Source of the DNA: Candidatus Helarchaeota ASGARD archaeon Hel_GB_B
Lineage (GTDB): Archaea; Asgardarchaeota; Lokiarchaeia; Helarchaeales; HEL-GB-B
DNA length: 32,000 nucleotides
NCBI GenBank assembly: GCA_005191425.1
Contig: SUPR01000010.1
Location: 21,014-53,013 of the forward strand
Reading direction: 5' to 3'
Shown: piece after piece, positions 1 through 9,199 of the stretch
Numbering within the stretch: position 1 is the stretch's first letter
Layout of the letters: each line of letters opens with the position of its first letter
The notes under the pieces: model-generated
Told to the model about the DNA's origin: nothing
Seen by the model: the letters and a program-made list of their open reading frames with translations, nothing else
Database searches by the model: none
Translations under genes and position numbers: made by a program

Positions 1-605
1 CCCAATGTAACAAATATTATATCAGGTTTAGGAATTTCTCCAGCATCAATTTGTTCTTTTAACTCAAAAGCCGCATTGACATGCCCCAAATTTGTTATTG
101 GATCTGTTCCCCCAGCCCATAATTTATAACCACCTTTAAAATTTCTAAAATAATAATTATAAGCCATTCCAAGTAGCCCTCCGCCATATATTAACTCACA
201 ATCAAGAGAATAGAACATTTTTAGTTTCTTTTGTACATCTAAAGTTAATGGCTGCTTCATTAAAATTAGTGATACATTAATATCTTTAATACCATTATAC
301 TTTTTTTTAGCAAAAATTGCTGTAGCTAAACAATGATTTGACCCAATTCCACCTATAGTAATAACTCTTTCATAATTTTCATGAATAAGTTTTCCAAAAG
401 TATATTCTAATTTTCGAGGCTTATTACCACCATAAATTTCTGTTGTTAAATCATCTCTTTTCATATATAGATCAGAAAATCCAAACTTTTCTTCAATTTT
501 TTCCAATTTGGTTATAGGTGTGGGATTATTTAATAATGGAATCCAAGGAATTTTTTCCTCCAATTCGGGGAATTTTTCGAATACATAATTTATTGATTTT
601 GTCAT
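1..605 (-). CDS. PLP-dependent D-cysteine desulfhydrase / ACC deaminase family enzyme (3' part runs off the left edge)
   Basis: Not in the ORF track; translated by hand from ATG at 605: MTKSINYVFEKFPELEEKIPWIPLLNNPTPITKL...LYMKRDDLTTEIYGGNKPRKLEY...TIGGIGSNHCLATA...PDIIFVTLG. KRDD..GGNK.RK (PLP lysine) and GG..SNH are family signatures. Confidence 0.88.
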   Translation of the reverse strand, partial: MTKSINYVFEKFPELEEKIPWIPLLNNPTPITKLEKIEEKFGFSDLYMKRDDLTTEIYGGNKPRKLEYTFGKLIHENYERVITIGGIGSNHCLATAIFAKKKYNGIKDINVSLILMKQPLTLDVQKKLKMFYSLDCELIYGGGLLGMAYNYYFRNFKGGYKLWAGGTDPITNLGHVNAAFELKEQIDAGEIPKPDIIFVTL

Positions 606-1417
606 TTTTTTACCTCAAATTTGTGAACCACTATTAATTAATGTAATATGTTGCTAATTATATGTTATCTTAAATTGATTAAAATCATTTGGACAGATAA
701 TTTAGGTAATAATTCTAAAATGTTCAATAGAGATTTAAAAGTTTTTAACTAAAATCTTTTGTGGGAAAAAATATGCGTTTTATTATTTTTAATTTAATGA
801 GAAAAAATGTGATATATTAATCTTTAGAGCATTTGAATTTTCTGATTAACATATTAAAATTAGAAAAAAATTACATTTTTAAATATTTGATAATTTTTAT
901 TTCATTTGGGCTGAAACACTACACTACTAACTAATTAAACAATTTTTCCTGAATTTTACCAGCATTGTATTAATTCTATATTTTTTAGAAGTGTTATTTT
1001 AACTTTAATTAACCAATTATATCTTGAATATTCTTATGATTCCAAGGATTAATTTCTACTAATATAATTATTATTGAGTTATATATAAGAATCTCTAATT
1101 ATTAATTGTTTTGTTATTGCTTTTATATTAAAGATGAGTTACTTTAATTTGATGTTAATATTATCCAAATCTATCAAAAGGTGGGAATAGCCACAATGGT
1201 GATTTTTTGAAAAATTCTTAGATATAAAACTATGACCTAAAAAGCATGGAAAAAAGAAAAAAATAATATAACATTATTCAATAAAAGTTATTTGTAAAAA
1301 GTTCGTATTAGTATGTCAATTTATTTTTAAAAAAAGAATTTATTTGAGATTATGATTACCAGATTTTTAATAAAACTAAAAAAAGTTATATTTAAACACA
1401 ATTTAGGGATCTAAATA

Positions 1418-2182
1418 ATGCGAAATTTAATCATTTTTATGGGAATACCATCATCTGGAAAAACTACATTAGCAAATTTATTAGCAAAAAGGATTGAATT
1501 AAAATTTAACAAAAAAACAATGGTAATTGGGTCAGATCAAATAAGAAAAATGATCCCAATTTTGTCAGAGAAATTTTTACCCGATAGAGAAGAAATGGTG
1601 AGGACTCTAACACTTAAATTTATAGATTATGCTTTAGATTATAATGATGTTGTTATAAATGATGATATGAATTATTATAAATCAATGAGACATGATTTTT
1701 ATAAAATTGCCTTAAAAAAGAACTGTAACTTTTTTCTAATAATGTTTAAAATAGATTTAGAACGCGCATTAGAATGGAATATTAAACGAGGTATTCCTAT
1801 ACCCCAAGAATTAATAAAAAATGTATCAAAAAAATTCGACCCCCCTAGTGATTATTTGTGGGATCGCCCAATATTTGTAGTAAATAATCGCGGCGAAAAT
1901 CTCGAAGAAAATGTAGATAAAATACTCACGCTTCTTCAAGATAAATTAGACATTAATTTAATTGAAAAAAATAAAAAAATTAAAAATACACCAGGAAAGT
2001 CCGAATATTATGATAAATTGACAAGAAAAATAGTTTCTGAACTAATCCAAAAACCTGAATTTATTGATAAAAGAGAAAATATATTAAATTTACGGAAATC
2101 TATATTAATAGAATCAATAGATAAAGATTTTGATGAACAAAAAATTAGGACTTTATTTATTAAAAAAATCAATGAACTATAA
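1418..2182 (+). CDS. pstK: L-seryl-tRNA(Sec) kinase (PSTK)
   Basis: Walker A GIPSSGKT, GSDQIR, DDMNYYKSMR, NIKRG..IP, WDRP and C-terminal DKLTRKIVSELI match, from memory, methanococcal PSTK (GSDLIR, DDTNYYNSMR, WDEP, DKETRKIVSEYI) over the full length. Confidence 0.88.
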   Translation: MRNLIIFMGIPSSGKTTLANLLAKRIELKFNKKTMVIGSDQIRKMIPILSEKFLPDREEMVRTLTLKFIDYALDYNDVVINDDMNYYKSMRHDFYKIALKKNCNFFLIMFKIDLERALEWNIKRGIPIPQELIKNVSKKFDPPSDYLWDRPIFVVNNRGENLEENVDKILTLLQDKLDINLIEKNKKIKNTPGKSEYYDKLTRKIVSELIQKPEFIDKRENILNLRKSILIESIDKDFDEQKIRTLFIKKINEL

Positions 2183-2185
2183 TAA

Positions 2186-3205
2186 CTATTTTGGTGTAAT
2201 ATATTCTTTTTGAACACCCGAACCAATAATAATTCTATAATATTTTTTTGATTGCTTTAAATTCTTTACTTTTTCTAACATACCAAATCCTTTTATATAA
2301 GAACCTTCATTTGCTATGTTCCTATATTCTCCAATCATTGATACTACTTCTACTATCTTATTCTCATCAATATCTAATTTTTTATTTAGTTTTACATTGC
2401 TTACTTTATAAATAGCTGGCCTAAATACAGATTCAGTATTATTTATTATTTGACAACTAAATTTTACTCCTATAATATGTTTAAATTGGAATGTATCATA
2501 ATTATTTTTTGTCTCTTTTAAAGTCCTAATTGCATTAAAAACAAAATCAGTTTCCTTATATTTTCCCCGGTTTAACCGGTATTTATCTGTTTGAATTTTT
2601 ACATTGTAAGTGATAATTTTTTTATCTACAAGTTCTTTTACAGTCTGTTTAACTTTAAAATAATTATCACTGCCATAAATAGCAATATCTACATCACTTT
2701 GTTCTGAATGCATTTGATAGGAAGTAGATCCATGAATACCAAACGATTCAAGCGGTACATTTGAGTTATAAGAGAGTAATTTTATCAATTCAATTGCAAT
2801 AGATTCATGTTTGTCCAAGATTTCCTTTTTTAATAATCTTTTAAACTGTAAATCAGGTGTAAAAATTTTTTTAATATTTGAATATGGGACAACTATTATT
2901 TCTTTTTGAAGATGACTAGAATAATCTACATAATTGGGGAAGTGATTTTTGAAGACATTAATTATTTCATTAAAAATTTCTGGACTATATAACTCTTTAG
3001 GACGTCTCATTATGACGTTTTTAAATTTCCATTTATGTTCTATATAGGGTAAATTAAATAATTTTATTAAATTTTCAGGGATATATTTTAAATATGAAAT
3101 AACCTTATCTTTAGGGTGGTCATAGCCAAAAGTATACATTATAAAATTGTCTGTGGTTAAAATAACATCGCCATCTCTTGATATCCAATTTTTAGGAATT
3201 GCCAT
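2186..3205 (-). CDS. Archaeal predicted nucleotidyltransferase (COG1665-like)
   Basis: Pol-beta-type motif HGSTSYQMHSEQSDVDIAIYG; N-terminal DGDVILTTDNFIMYTFGYDHP and C-terminal OB-like segment typical of this archaeal family. Confidence 0.7.
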   Translation of the reverse strand: MAIPKNWISRDGDVILTTDNFIMYTFGYDHPKDKVISYLKYIPENLIKLFNLPYIEHKWKFKNVIMRRPKELYSPEIFNEIINVFKNHFPNYVDYSSHLQKEIIVVPYSNIKKIFTPDLQFKRLLKKEILDKHESIAIELIKLLSYNSNVPLESFGIHGSTSYQMHSEQSDVDIAIYGSDNYFKVKQTVKELVDKKIITYNVKIQTDKYRLNRGKYKETDFVFNAIRTLKETKNNYDTFQFKHIIGVKFSCQIINNTESVFRPAIYKVSNVKLNKKLDIDENKIVEVVSMIGEYRNIANEGSYIKGFGMLEKVKNLKQSKKYYRIIIGSGVQKEYITPK

Positions 3206-3311
3206 ATTCTTAAGATATAAATTAAATATAAAAAATTAAGTATGATAATAAAAGACAATAGTTATTTATAGAAATTCATCATTTAAACAATTCAATTAAT
3301 GAGGTAATTTA

Positions 3312-3755
3312 ATGTCAAATATAACACAATTATTATCTGCTTATATGGATAATATTATCCAATTGCTCCAAAGTTTAGTAAAATCGGTCCAAGAGAACAA
3401 CCAATTAATACAGAAAAACCAACAACTTTTAATTGAGACAAATAATATAATAAAGAGTATATCCAATACAAACCCCGAAGGTTTAGCTGAAATGAGTAAT
3501 TCACTCCAAGACATTGTTGGTCAACTACAGAAGGGTATTCAAGCATTTCAGTTAAATTCAATTATAGATGATATTAAAGATATAATGAAAAAAATCGGAT
3601 ATAAACCCAGTCATATAAAATCAGAAGAAGATTCTAAAGAAACTGAGATTCCAGCCTCAGAAATTACTCAGGAATTTAAGGCTGGTTTAAATACTACACC
3701 TAAAAAAGATGATGATGAAGATCATGTTATTAGACCATCAAGCTTTTTACAATGA
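3312..3755 (+). CDS. Hypothetical helical/coiled-coil protein with acidic tail
   Basis: 147-aa ORF with an upstream GAGGT SD-like motif; Q/N-rich amphipathic helices, low-complexity linker, C-terminal VIRPSSFLQ. Confidence 0.7.
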   Translation: MSNITQLLSAYMDNIIQLLQSLVKSVQENNQLIQKNQQLLIETNNIIKSISNTNPEGLAEMSNSLQDIVGQLQKGIQAFQLNSIIDDIKDIMKKIGYKPSHIKSEEDSKETEIPASEITQEFKAGLNTTPKKDDDEDHVIRPSSFLQ

Positions 3756-3780
3756 AAATATCTTTTTATCGATATTTCAT
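3752..3780. terminator. Candidate hairpin at convergent gene junction
   Basis: ATGAA(A)ATATC-tttttatc-GATATTTCAT: about 10-bp inverted repeat with a 1-nt bulge, spanning the stop codons of the two convergent ORFs. Confidence 0.3.
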
Positions 3781-4383
3781 CATCATTTTTTTTCGTCTTC
3801 GTTGTTCTTCTAAAATTTCTTCCATTGTTTTTGTCTTGGCCCCTTTTTCATAATATATTGGTTTTTGCCCTTCCTGTTTGGTAGGTGTAAAGGAAGTGCC
3901 CTGAGTCTGCACAACTTTTTGCTCAGTTTGTAAAATACCTGAAATTTCTGGTTTTTTTGAATATACCTCTGAATTTAAAAAATCAACAATTGAACTCAAT
4001 CCAATTATTACTTGAACCAACTGTAAATCGGTTATTTTTTTGTCCAAAAGATCAATAATATTTGAAGATGATTCAAGAGATTTTTTAACATCTGGAGATA
4101 TATTTTTATTTATTTCAGATGAAATATCTTTCAATTTTAAAGCAATCCTTTTTACTATTTTTGAAAAAGCTTCTGATACATATTTTTTGTTATTTGCGCT
4201 CTCTTCAATCATATTTTGAACTTTAATGCCAACATCATTTATTGCATTTTGAACCGATTTTACATATCCTTGAATTGAATCAGTTAATGCGCTAATAAGC
4301 GTCATTATTTCGTCAATTCGATCGTTTAATTCAGTAGTTACAGAAGTAATAAATGGAATTATTTCATTATTCATTATTTTCAC
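3766..4383 (-). CDS. Hypothetical coiled-coil protein with basic C-terminus
   Basis: 205-aa ORF; long amphipathic helices, Q/T/P-rich linker, C-terminal MEEILEEQRRRKKMMMKYR; ATGA overlap with the upstream ORF. Confidence 0.75.
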   Translation of the reverse strand: MKIMNNEIIPFITSVTTELNDRIDEIMTLISALTDSIQGYVKSVQNAINDVGIKVQNMIEESANNKKYVSEAFSKIVKRIALKLKDISSEINKNISPDVKKSLESSSNIIDLLDKKITDLQLVQVIIGLSSIVDFLNSEVYSKKPEISGILQTEQKVVQTQGTSFTPTKQEGQKPIYYEKGAKTKTMEEILEEQRRRKKMMMKYR

Positions 4384-4769
4384 TCAATTTTTGATATAAA
4401 ATTTTTAATCTTAACCAATTCGGCATTCAAAATTTCTGGGTCAACAATCTGTTCAATTGTATTAAAAATAGATTCTAATTTTAAACTAATATCACTTATT
4501 TTAGATGTCGGTAAATCCGAGAATTTGTTGATATTAGCATAGATTTCATTTAAAAGTTTAGTAGACCGCTCAAATTCTTTACTTGAACTATCATTAATAT
4601 TCTCATTAAACGCAACAATTTGTTTTGAAATTTTTGATAAATTATCAACAAGATTTTCGTTAATTTTTGAGAATTCAATAGTTAAAGCTTTAATAGATAA
4701 TGTTAATTTATCTATTTTCTGTGAAATCGAGTCCAATTTTGCACCAATTGATTCAAAACTTTTGTCCAT
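4380..4769 (-). CDS. Hypothetical coiled-coil protein
   Basis: 129-aa ORF with heptad-like pattern (LDSISQKIDKLTLSIKAL); SD-like GAGGA upstream; 4-bp overlap with the downstream gene suggests translational coupling. Confidence 0.75.
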   Translation of the reverse strand: MDKSFESIGAKLDSISQKIDKLTLSIKALTIEFSKINENLVDNLSKISKQIVAFNENINDSSSKEFERSTKLLNEIYANINKFSDLPTSKISDISLKLESIFNTIEQIVDPEILNAELVKIKNFISKIE

Positions 4770-5654
4770 TTGATCTTTCCTCTAAATAATTCTGATTTGT
4801 TTATTTAAATATGAAATTTTTATTAGTAAGTTTTAATATTCAGTATTTTAATTGGATTACGAATTTTTTAAACTTATGATTTTAATTATCAATTTTTTAT
4901 TCTTATAGTCTAATTTTATAATTTTTTAATAAATATTGAAAAAGAATTTGATTTTTAATCATCTGCCAATCTTTTTTATAAATATTCAATTAATTTTATA
5001 AAAAATAAAAAATTTTATGATAATAAGGTAAATAGATGGATTAACAATTGGAATCTGATATATATTTACCTTTTTAACTGGGTCAATAGATCATTTTATT
5101 ATAATATTTAAGCATTTCTTCGCAAAACATTAATATCTCTTTTTAAAACAGTAATAAGATCATTTATTTCCAAACTTTTCTCATATAAATATAAAAAATA
5201 CAAAAAAAGCGCCATGGTAATTAAAAAAAAATATGTTTTCTCAAAGAGTTGAATTCTTAAAAATAATTACGAAATAATAAATAAGCACCAAATTTTATTA
5301 AATTATTATATTAACATCGATTAATTTTATGCATATAAAGTATAAAACAACATATTTGGAATTCAATTATTGAAAAAATACAATTTTTTTATTATTTTTA
5401 TACATAAGTTGTCTCATTGGTCAAAATTTTAATTTTCATTTTTAGAATCATTTAGGTTTTTAATATAACTTGTGAATTTTAATAAAAAAATTGTGAATAA
5501 TATTTCATCAATATTTTAATTCACTACTTTCCAAGATTTAATATATCATTTTGAGAATATCTCTTGATAGGTCAACATCAAAAAAGCCAAACATTATAAT
5601 AAAAAAAATTGTATAAATTAATGATAAAACTATCAATCTAAATTGTGATAATTT

Positions 5655-6425
5655 ATGAGCAGCAAGAAAAATACAATTTGTCCCTATTGTGGAAGAAATA
5701 TTCGTAAGACAGATAAATTTTGCCCATTTTGTGGGAAAAAGGTTATTGGAATTGAAAAAAATATAAAGAAAAAAGAGCAAAAAAGTCAAGAACCTGCTAC
5801 AACTGTGGTAAAAGAACCTGAACCAGAAAAAGTACCAATTAAAGAAGAAGAAATTCCGGAAAATGTTTTATTTCAGTTGGAATTACGTTCAAAAATTGAA
5901 TTGATAGATTCCAAACTTACAGAAATAAGAAATCAGATAGAACAGCTAGCTTTAAAGTTAACAGGTGATGATACGGAGGGAATAGAAGATGAAGTTAAGA
6001 AATTAGGCGAAAAAATTAATAAACTTAAAGAAGAAAAAAGGAGCTTAGAATCAGATTTGGTAGATTTACCATTTGAGGAGTTGCAAAAGAAAAAAGCAGA
6101 TATAGAAAGTAGAATTGCAAAACTTCAAAATGCATTTTCTTTGGGAGAAGTTTCCGAAAGTGCTTATAAGAGGCTTCGCGAAGAATATGAAGAAAAGACA
6201 AAATATTTAGAAAATAAATTTGCACAACAGAAAGTTAAAATCAATATATGGGTACGTAATATGCGACTTGAACGTGATAAAATGATTGAAAATTTGGAAT
6301 TACTAAAAGCCAGACACATCGCAGGTGAATATTCAGATAGTGAATATGAAGAAAGAAGAGAAAAATTAAAAAATAATATTAGTAAATTAGAAACAAACAT
6401 TAAAATTTTAAATAAATATGTATAA
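5655..6425 (+). CDS. Zinc-ribbon + CdvA-like coiled-coil protein
   Basis: N-terminal CPYC...CPFC zinc ribbon, P/E-rich linker, long coiled coil with two GE(V/Y)S(E/D)SxY motifs (LGEVSESAYKRLREEY; AGEYSDSEYEERREKL) resembling CdvA-like/SHOCT repeats. Confidence 0.6.
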   Translation: MSSKKNTICPYCGRNIRKTDKFCPFCGKKVIGIEKNIKKKEQKSQEPATTVVKEPEPEKVPIKEEEIPENVLFQLELRSKIELIDSKLTEIRNQIEQLALKLTGDDTEGIEDEVKKLGEKINKLKEEKRSLESDLVDLPFEELQKKKADIESRIAKLQNAFSLGEVSESAYKRLREEYEEKTKYLENKFAQQKVKINIWVRNMRLERDKMIENLELLKARHIAGEYSDSEYEERREKLKNNISKLETNIKILNKYV

Positions 6426-6540
6426 CTCTAATTTTTTAAAAAGTGATCAGAAAATTTTTGAAAAATATTTTTAATGGGTAAATCATTTATATAATTAATT
6501 AAGATTAAATGCAAATGATAAAGATGTTAAAAGTAAAACA

Positions 6541-6945
6541 TTGTCCAGAAAATCACAATTGGTGTATAAAATGCCACGATGGCCTAAATATTGTACTCCA
6601 CTTTGCAACCAGTTAAGATGTAGCAAAAAAGCAAAAGGTAGAATAATTCAACTAAAGAACAAAAAGGTCGTTGAATGTCTATTTGTACCGGGGGATTACT
6701 GTACTGGTAGAAATTGTAATTATAGCTATTGTTTAAAAAGAAGTTTTCGTGATGATGGTAAGTGTGGTCAATGGGTTGCAATGCAAAATAGAAATAAAAT
6801 GATTGATGATGATCTCGATGAAAATATGGAAGACTATATAGAAGAGGACATTCCAGCCATTAAAAAGATCCAGAAAAAATATCCTCGATTAAAGAGTAAA
6901 GCAATTAAAAAAATTAAAAATTATGACAGATATGATGATTTCTAA
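6541..6945 (+). CDS. Cys-rich (8 Cys) putative metal-binding protein of unknown function
   Basis: CTPLCNQLRC...ECLFVPGDYCTGRNCNYSYC...DGKCG followed by acidic then basic tail; start TTG 6541 or ATG 6571; TTTATATA at 6486-6493 upstream. Resembles an uncharacterised TACK/Asgard family from memory. Confidence 0.7.
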   Translation: MSRKSQLVYKMPRWPKYCTPLCNQLRCSKKAKGRIIQLKNKKVVECLFVPGDYCTGRNCNYSYCLKRSFRDDGKCGQWVAMQNRNKMIDDDLDENMEDYIEEDIPAIKKIQKKYPRLKSKAIKKIKNYDRYDDF

Positions 6946-6994
6946 ATTATTTCCTTTATTTTTCTTTTCATATCTTTAGTTGAAAAATAATAAT

Positions 6995-7064
6995 GTGCTT
7001 CAATCCTGCATGGGTACATCATCAACAAATTGTGGTTTCAGATTCCGAGGAATATCATCAGCAC
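6995..7064 (-). ncRNA. Candidate box C/D-type (double K-turn) small RNA
   Basis: Minus strand: GUGC-UGAUGA (C)-UAUUCCUCGGAAU-CUGA (D')-AACCACAAUUUG-UUGAUGA (C')-UGUACCCAUGCAGGA-UUGA (D variant)-AGCAC. Terminal GUGCU/AGCAC complementarity, locally GC-richer than the flanks, TTATAAAA about 25 nt upstream and a T-tract downstream. Confidence 0.55.
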
Positions 7065-7129
7065 CTAGTTAATTTAATAAAATTTTATTTTTATAATTAT
7101 TCTAACCTTAATTTTATAAATATGATAAG

Positions 7130-7894
7130 ATGATTTTAATGCGTTTAATTGATAGCCATTGCCATTTGGACTATAATAGAAATAGAAAAGACATTGATGA
7201 GGTTATTTCTAGAGCTAAAAGCAATAATCTTGTTGCAATTATCACATGTACAATTGATAAGAAAATTGACCAAGTAAAATTATTGATTAAAAAGTATAAT
7301 AACTATGTATTCCATTCACTTGGGCTTCATCCTCCTGGATATACCAAAGAGTCAGTTAAATATATAAAAAAACTAATTCTTGAAAACTCAAATTCAATTG
7401 TCTCAATTGGAGAAGTCGGACTTGATTACCATTGGGTAAAAAATGAAAAAGACAGAAAATATCAGGAAATTGCATTCCGGGAATTTATTAAATTATCTAA
7501 AAAAATTAATAAACCAATTGTTGTGCATTCTAGAGAGGCTGAAAAAGAAGCTATAGATATCTTGGAGGATGAGAATGCTAGTAATGTTTTAATGCATTGT
7601 TATAGTGGTCCAGTAGAACTAGTAAAACGTATAATCAATAATAATTGGTTAATTTCAGTTCCTACTTCAGTTGTTAATCGTAAAATTCATCAGAAAATTG
7701 CAATTGAATGCCCACTTAAAAATATGGTCATTGAAACAGATTCACCCTTTCTTTCACCTGATAAAGAAAAAAATGAACCATATAAAGTTATTTTTGCAGC
7801 TAAAAAAATTTCGGAATTGAAAAAAATCGGTCTAAATAAAGTTGCAGATGAAACTACTGCAAACGCCATCAAATTTTATTCACTACCATTATAA
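7130..7894 (+). CDS. tatD: TatD family deoxyribonuclease
   Basis: IDSHCHLD, LGLHP, IGEVGLDYHW, VHSREA, MHCYSG and ETDSPFL motifs. Confidence 0.93.
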   Translation: MILMRLIDSHCHLDYNRNRKDIDEVISRAKSNNLVAIITCTIDKKIDQVKLLIKKYNNYVFHSLGLHPPGYTKESVKYIKKLILENSNSIVSIGEVGLDYHWVKNEKDRKYQEIAFREFIKLSKKINKPIVVHSREAEKEAIDILEDENASNVLMHCYSGPVELVKRIINNNWLISVPTSVVNRKIHQKIAIECPLKNMVIETDSPFLSPDKEKNEPYKVIFAAKKISELKKIGLNKVADETTANAIKFYSLPL

Positions 7895-7910
7895 CCGTGG
7901 GAATTATTTC

Positions 7911-8327
7911 TTAATCGGTATTTTCAGCCAACTTTTTAACTCGATGGAAATGTCTTGCTATTGTAATAATATTATATGGAATTTCAATTAATTCGCCTTT
8001 TTCGATGACCCAATGCGTTACTTTTAGATCGAATTTGAAATGACGAATAAGATCTTGACCTAATACTTGTAATTGAAAGCAATGTGGACTTCCATCAATG
8101 GTTAAAATAGTCAAGTCTTTAATTTTTGAATATTTTATTATATTTGCAAGCTTATAACCTACTTGGTCCATATGATATGTTTCTAAACATATATGTAATG
8201 GTTCTCTCTCTTCTAAGAATTTATTTAGAATTTTAGGATATCTATCTTCGATACAAGTCCCATACAACAATATTTTTTTATTTTGAAGTCTTTTTGCACC
8301 CACATTGGTTTCTAACAAATGCTTCAT
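7911..8327 (-). CDS. Small conserved protein with three spaced Cys (putative Fe-S-binding)
   Basis: ILLYGTC, HICLE and TIDGSPHC motifs; resembles an uncharacterised family often labelled Fe-S/ferredoxin-related. Confidence 0.55.
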   Translation of the reverse strand: MKHLLETNVGAKRLQNKKILLYGTCIEDRYPKILNKFLEEREPLHICLETYHMDQVGYKLANIIKYSKIKDLTILTIDGSPHCFQLQVLGQDLIRHFKFDLKVTHWVIEKGELIEIPYNIITIARHFHRVKKLAENTD

Positions 8328-8416
8328 TTTTTATACCATCTTTTATAATTAAAAATTAAGTATCTAAATATTTTTAATTTAGTGAATATAAAAAATATTA
8401 GTTTTTGTGATAGAAA

Positions 8417-9199
8417 ATGAAATACACAGTAATGTCAATCGCGGGTTCAGATAGCGGCAGTGGCGCTGGAATACAAGCAGATTTAAAGACAATAATGATG
8501 CACGACTTATGGGGTGTCTGTGTAATTACGTCAATTACCGCACAAAATACTAAAAAAATTAAAAAAATATATAGATTGCCGCTAGATATTATTGAAAGCC
8601 AATTAGATGCACTTTTAGAAGATTATGATATTAGGACTATTAAAATTGGGATGTTATTGAGCCCAGAAATTATTGAACTTGTCTCTAATAAAATTAAGAA
8701 TTTAGGAATTGATATAATCATTGATCCGGTCATGAGATCAACAAGTGGAACAGACCTAATTAAAGGTGATTATGTTTCAACATTGTGTAAAAGCTTAATT
8801 CCATATTCTACGATGATTACCCCGAACATAGAAGAAGCAAAAATATTATCACAAATTGAAATATCTAATCAATCCGATGTAAAAAAAGCCTGTAAAAAAA
8901 TCATAGAATTAGGGACTAAATCAGTTATAATTAAAGGAGGGCACATTAATCCATCTATTTCTGAAGTCTTTGATACATTATATTACAGTAAAAAGTTTTA
9001 TTATTTTAAAAAAAAGCGCGTAAAAGGTAATTTCCATGGCCTTGGATGCACATTTTCCAGTTCTATTGCATGTAATATTGCTAAAGGATATGATATTGTC
9101 TCTTCCGTTAAACTTTCAGAAGTTTTTATCGAAAATGTGATTAATAATTCAATAAAAATAGCCCATGGCTTAATACCTGTAAATCAAAAATATATCTAA
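8417..9199 (+). CDS. thiD: Hydroxymethylpyrimidine/phosphomethylpyrimidine kinase
   Basis: SIAGSDSGSGAGIQADLKT, ITAQNT, KIGML, IDPVM, ITPN, IKGGH and HGLGCTFSS motifs; no ThiN fusion. Confidence 0.93.
   Translation: MKYTVMSIAGSDSGSGAGIQADLKTIMMHDLWGVCVITSITAQNTKKIKKIYRLPLDIIESQLDALLEDYDIRTIKIGMLLSPEIIELVSNKIKNLGIDIIIDPVMRSTSGTDLIKGDYVSTLCKSLIPYSTMITPNIEEAKILSQIEISNQSDVKKACKKIIELGTKSVIIKGGHINPSISEVFDTLYYSKKFYYFKKKRVKGNFHGLGCTFSSSIACNIAKGYDIVSSVKLSEVFIENVINNSIKIAHGLIPVNQKYI

Noticed and set aside
606-1417. Long AT-rich intergenic region (also 4770-5654, 19218-19697, 25217-25855) as possible replication origin, tRNA or hidden selenoprotein gene
   Set aside because: No convincing ORB boxes, cloverleaf, CRISPR-like repeats or protein-like ORFs (with or without UGA read-through) found by eye; no cdc6/orc gene nearby.
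3702-3793. Near-perfect 18-bp inverted repeat (AAAAAAGATGATGATGAA / TTCATCATCATTTTTTTT) across the convergent gene ends
   Set aside because: Both arms are low-complexity coding sequence (KKDDDE and KKMMMK); chance is sufficient.
3753-3800. UGA read-through of the 3312-3755 ORF as selenocysteine
   Set aside because: The extension runs antisense into the neighbouring gene and is low-complexity; no redox motif context.
7004-7047. The two candidate guide targets start with TCCTGC and ATTCCG, both present near the 5' end of typical archaeal 16S rRNA as I recall it (AUUCCGGUUGAUCCUGCC)
   Set aside because: Only 6-nt matches each, below the 9-10 nt a C/D guide needs, and this organism's 16S is not available.
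6995-7064. SECIS interpretation of the UGAUGA/CUGA element, prompted by pstK
   Set aside because: No UGA-containing ORF lies upstream on that strand, and the 11-12-bp helix with an AAR loop is absent; a C/D arrangement fits better.
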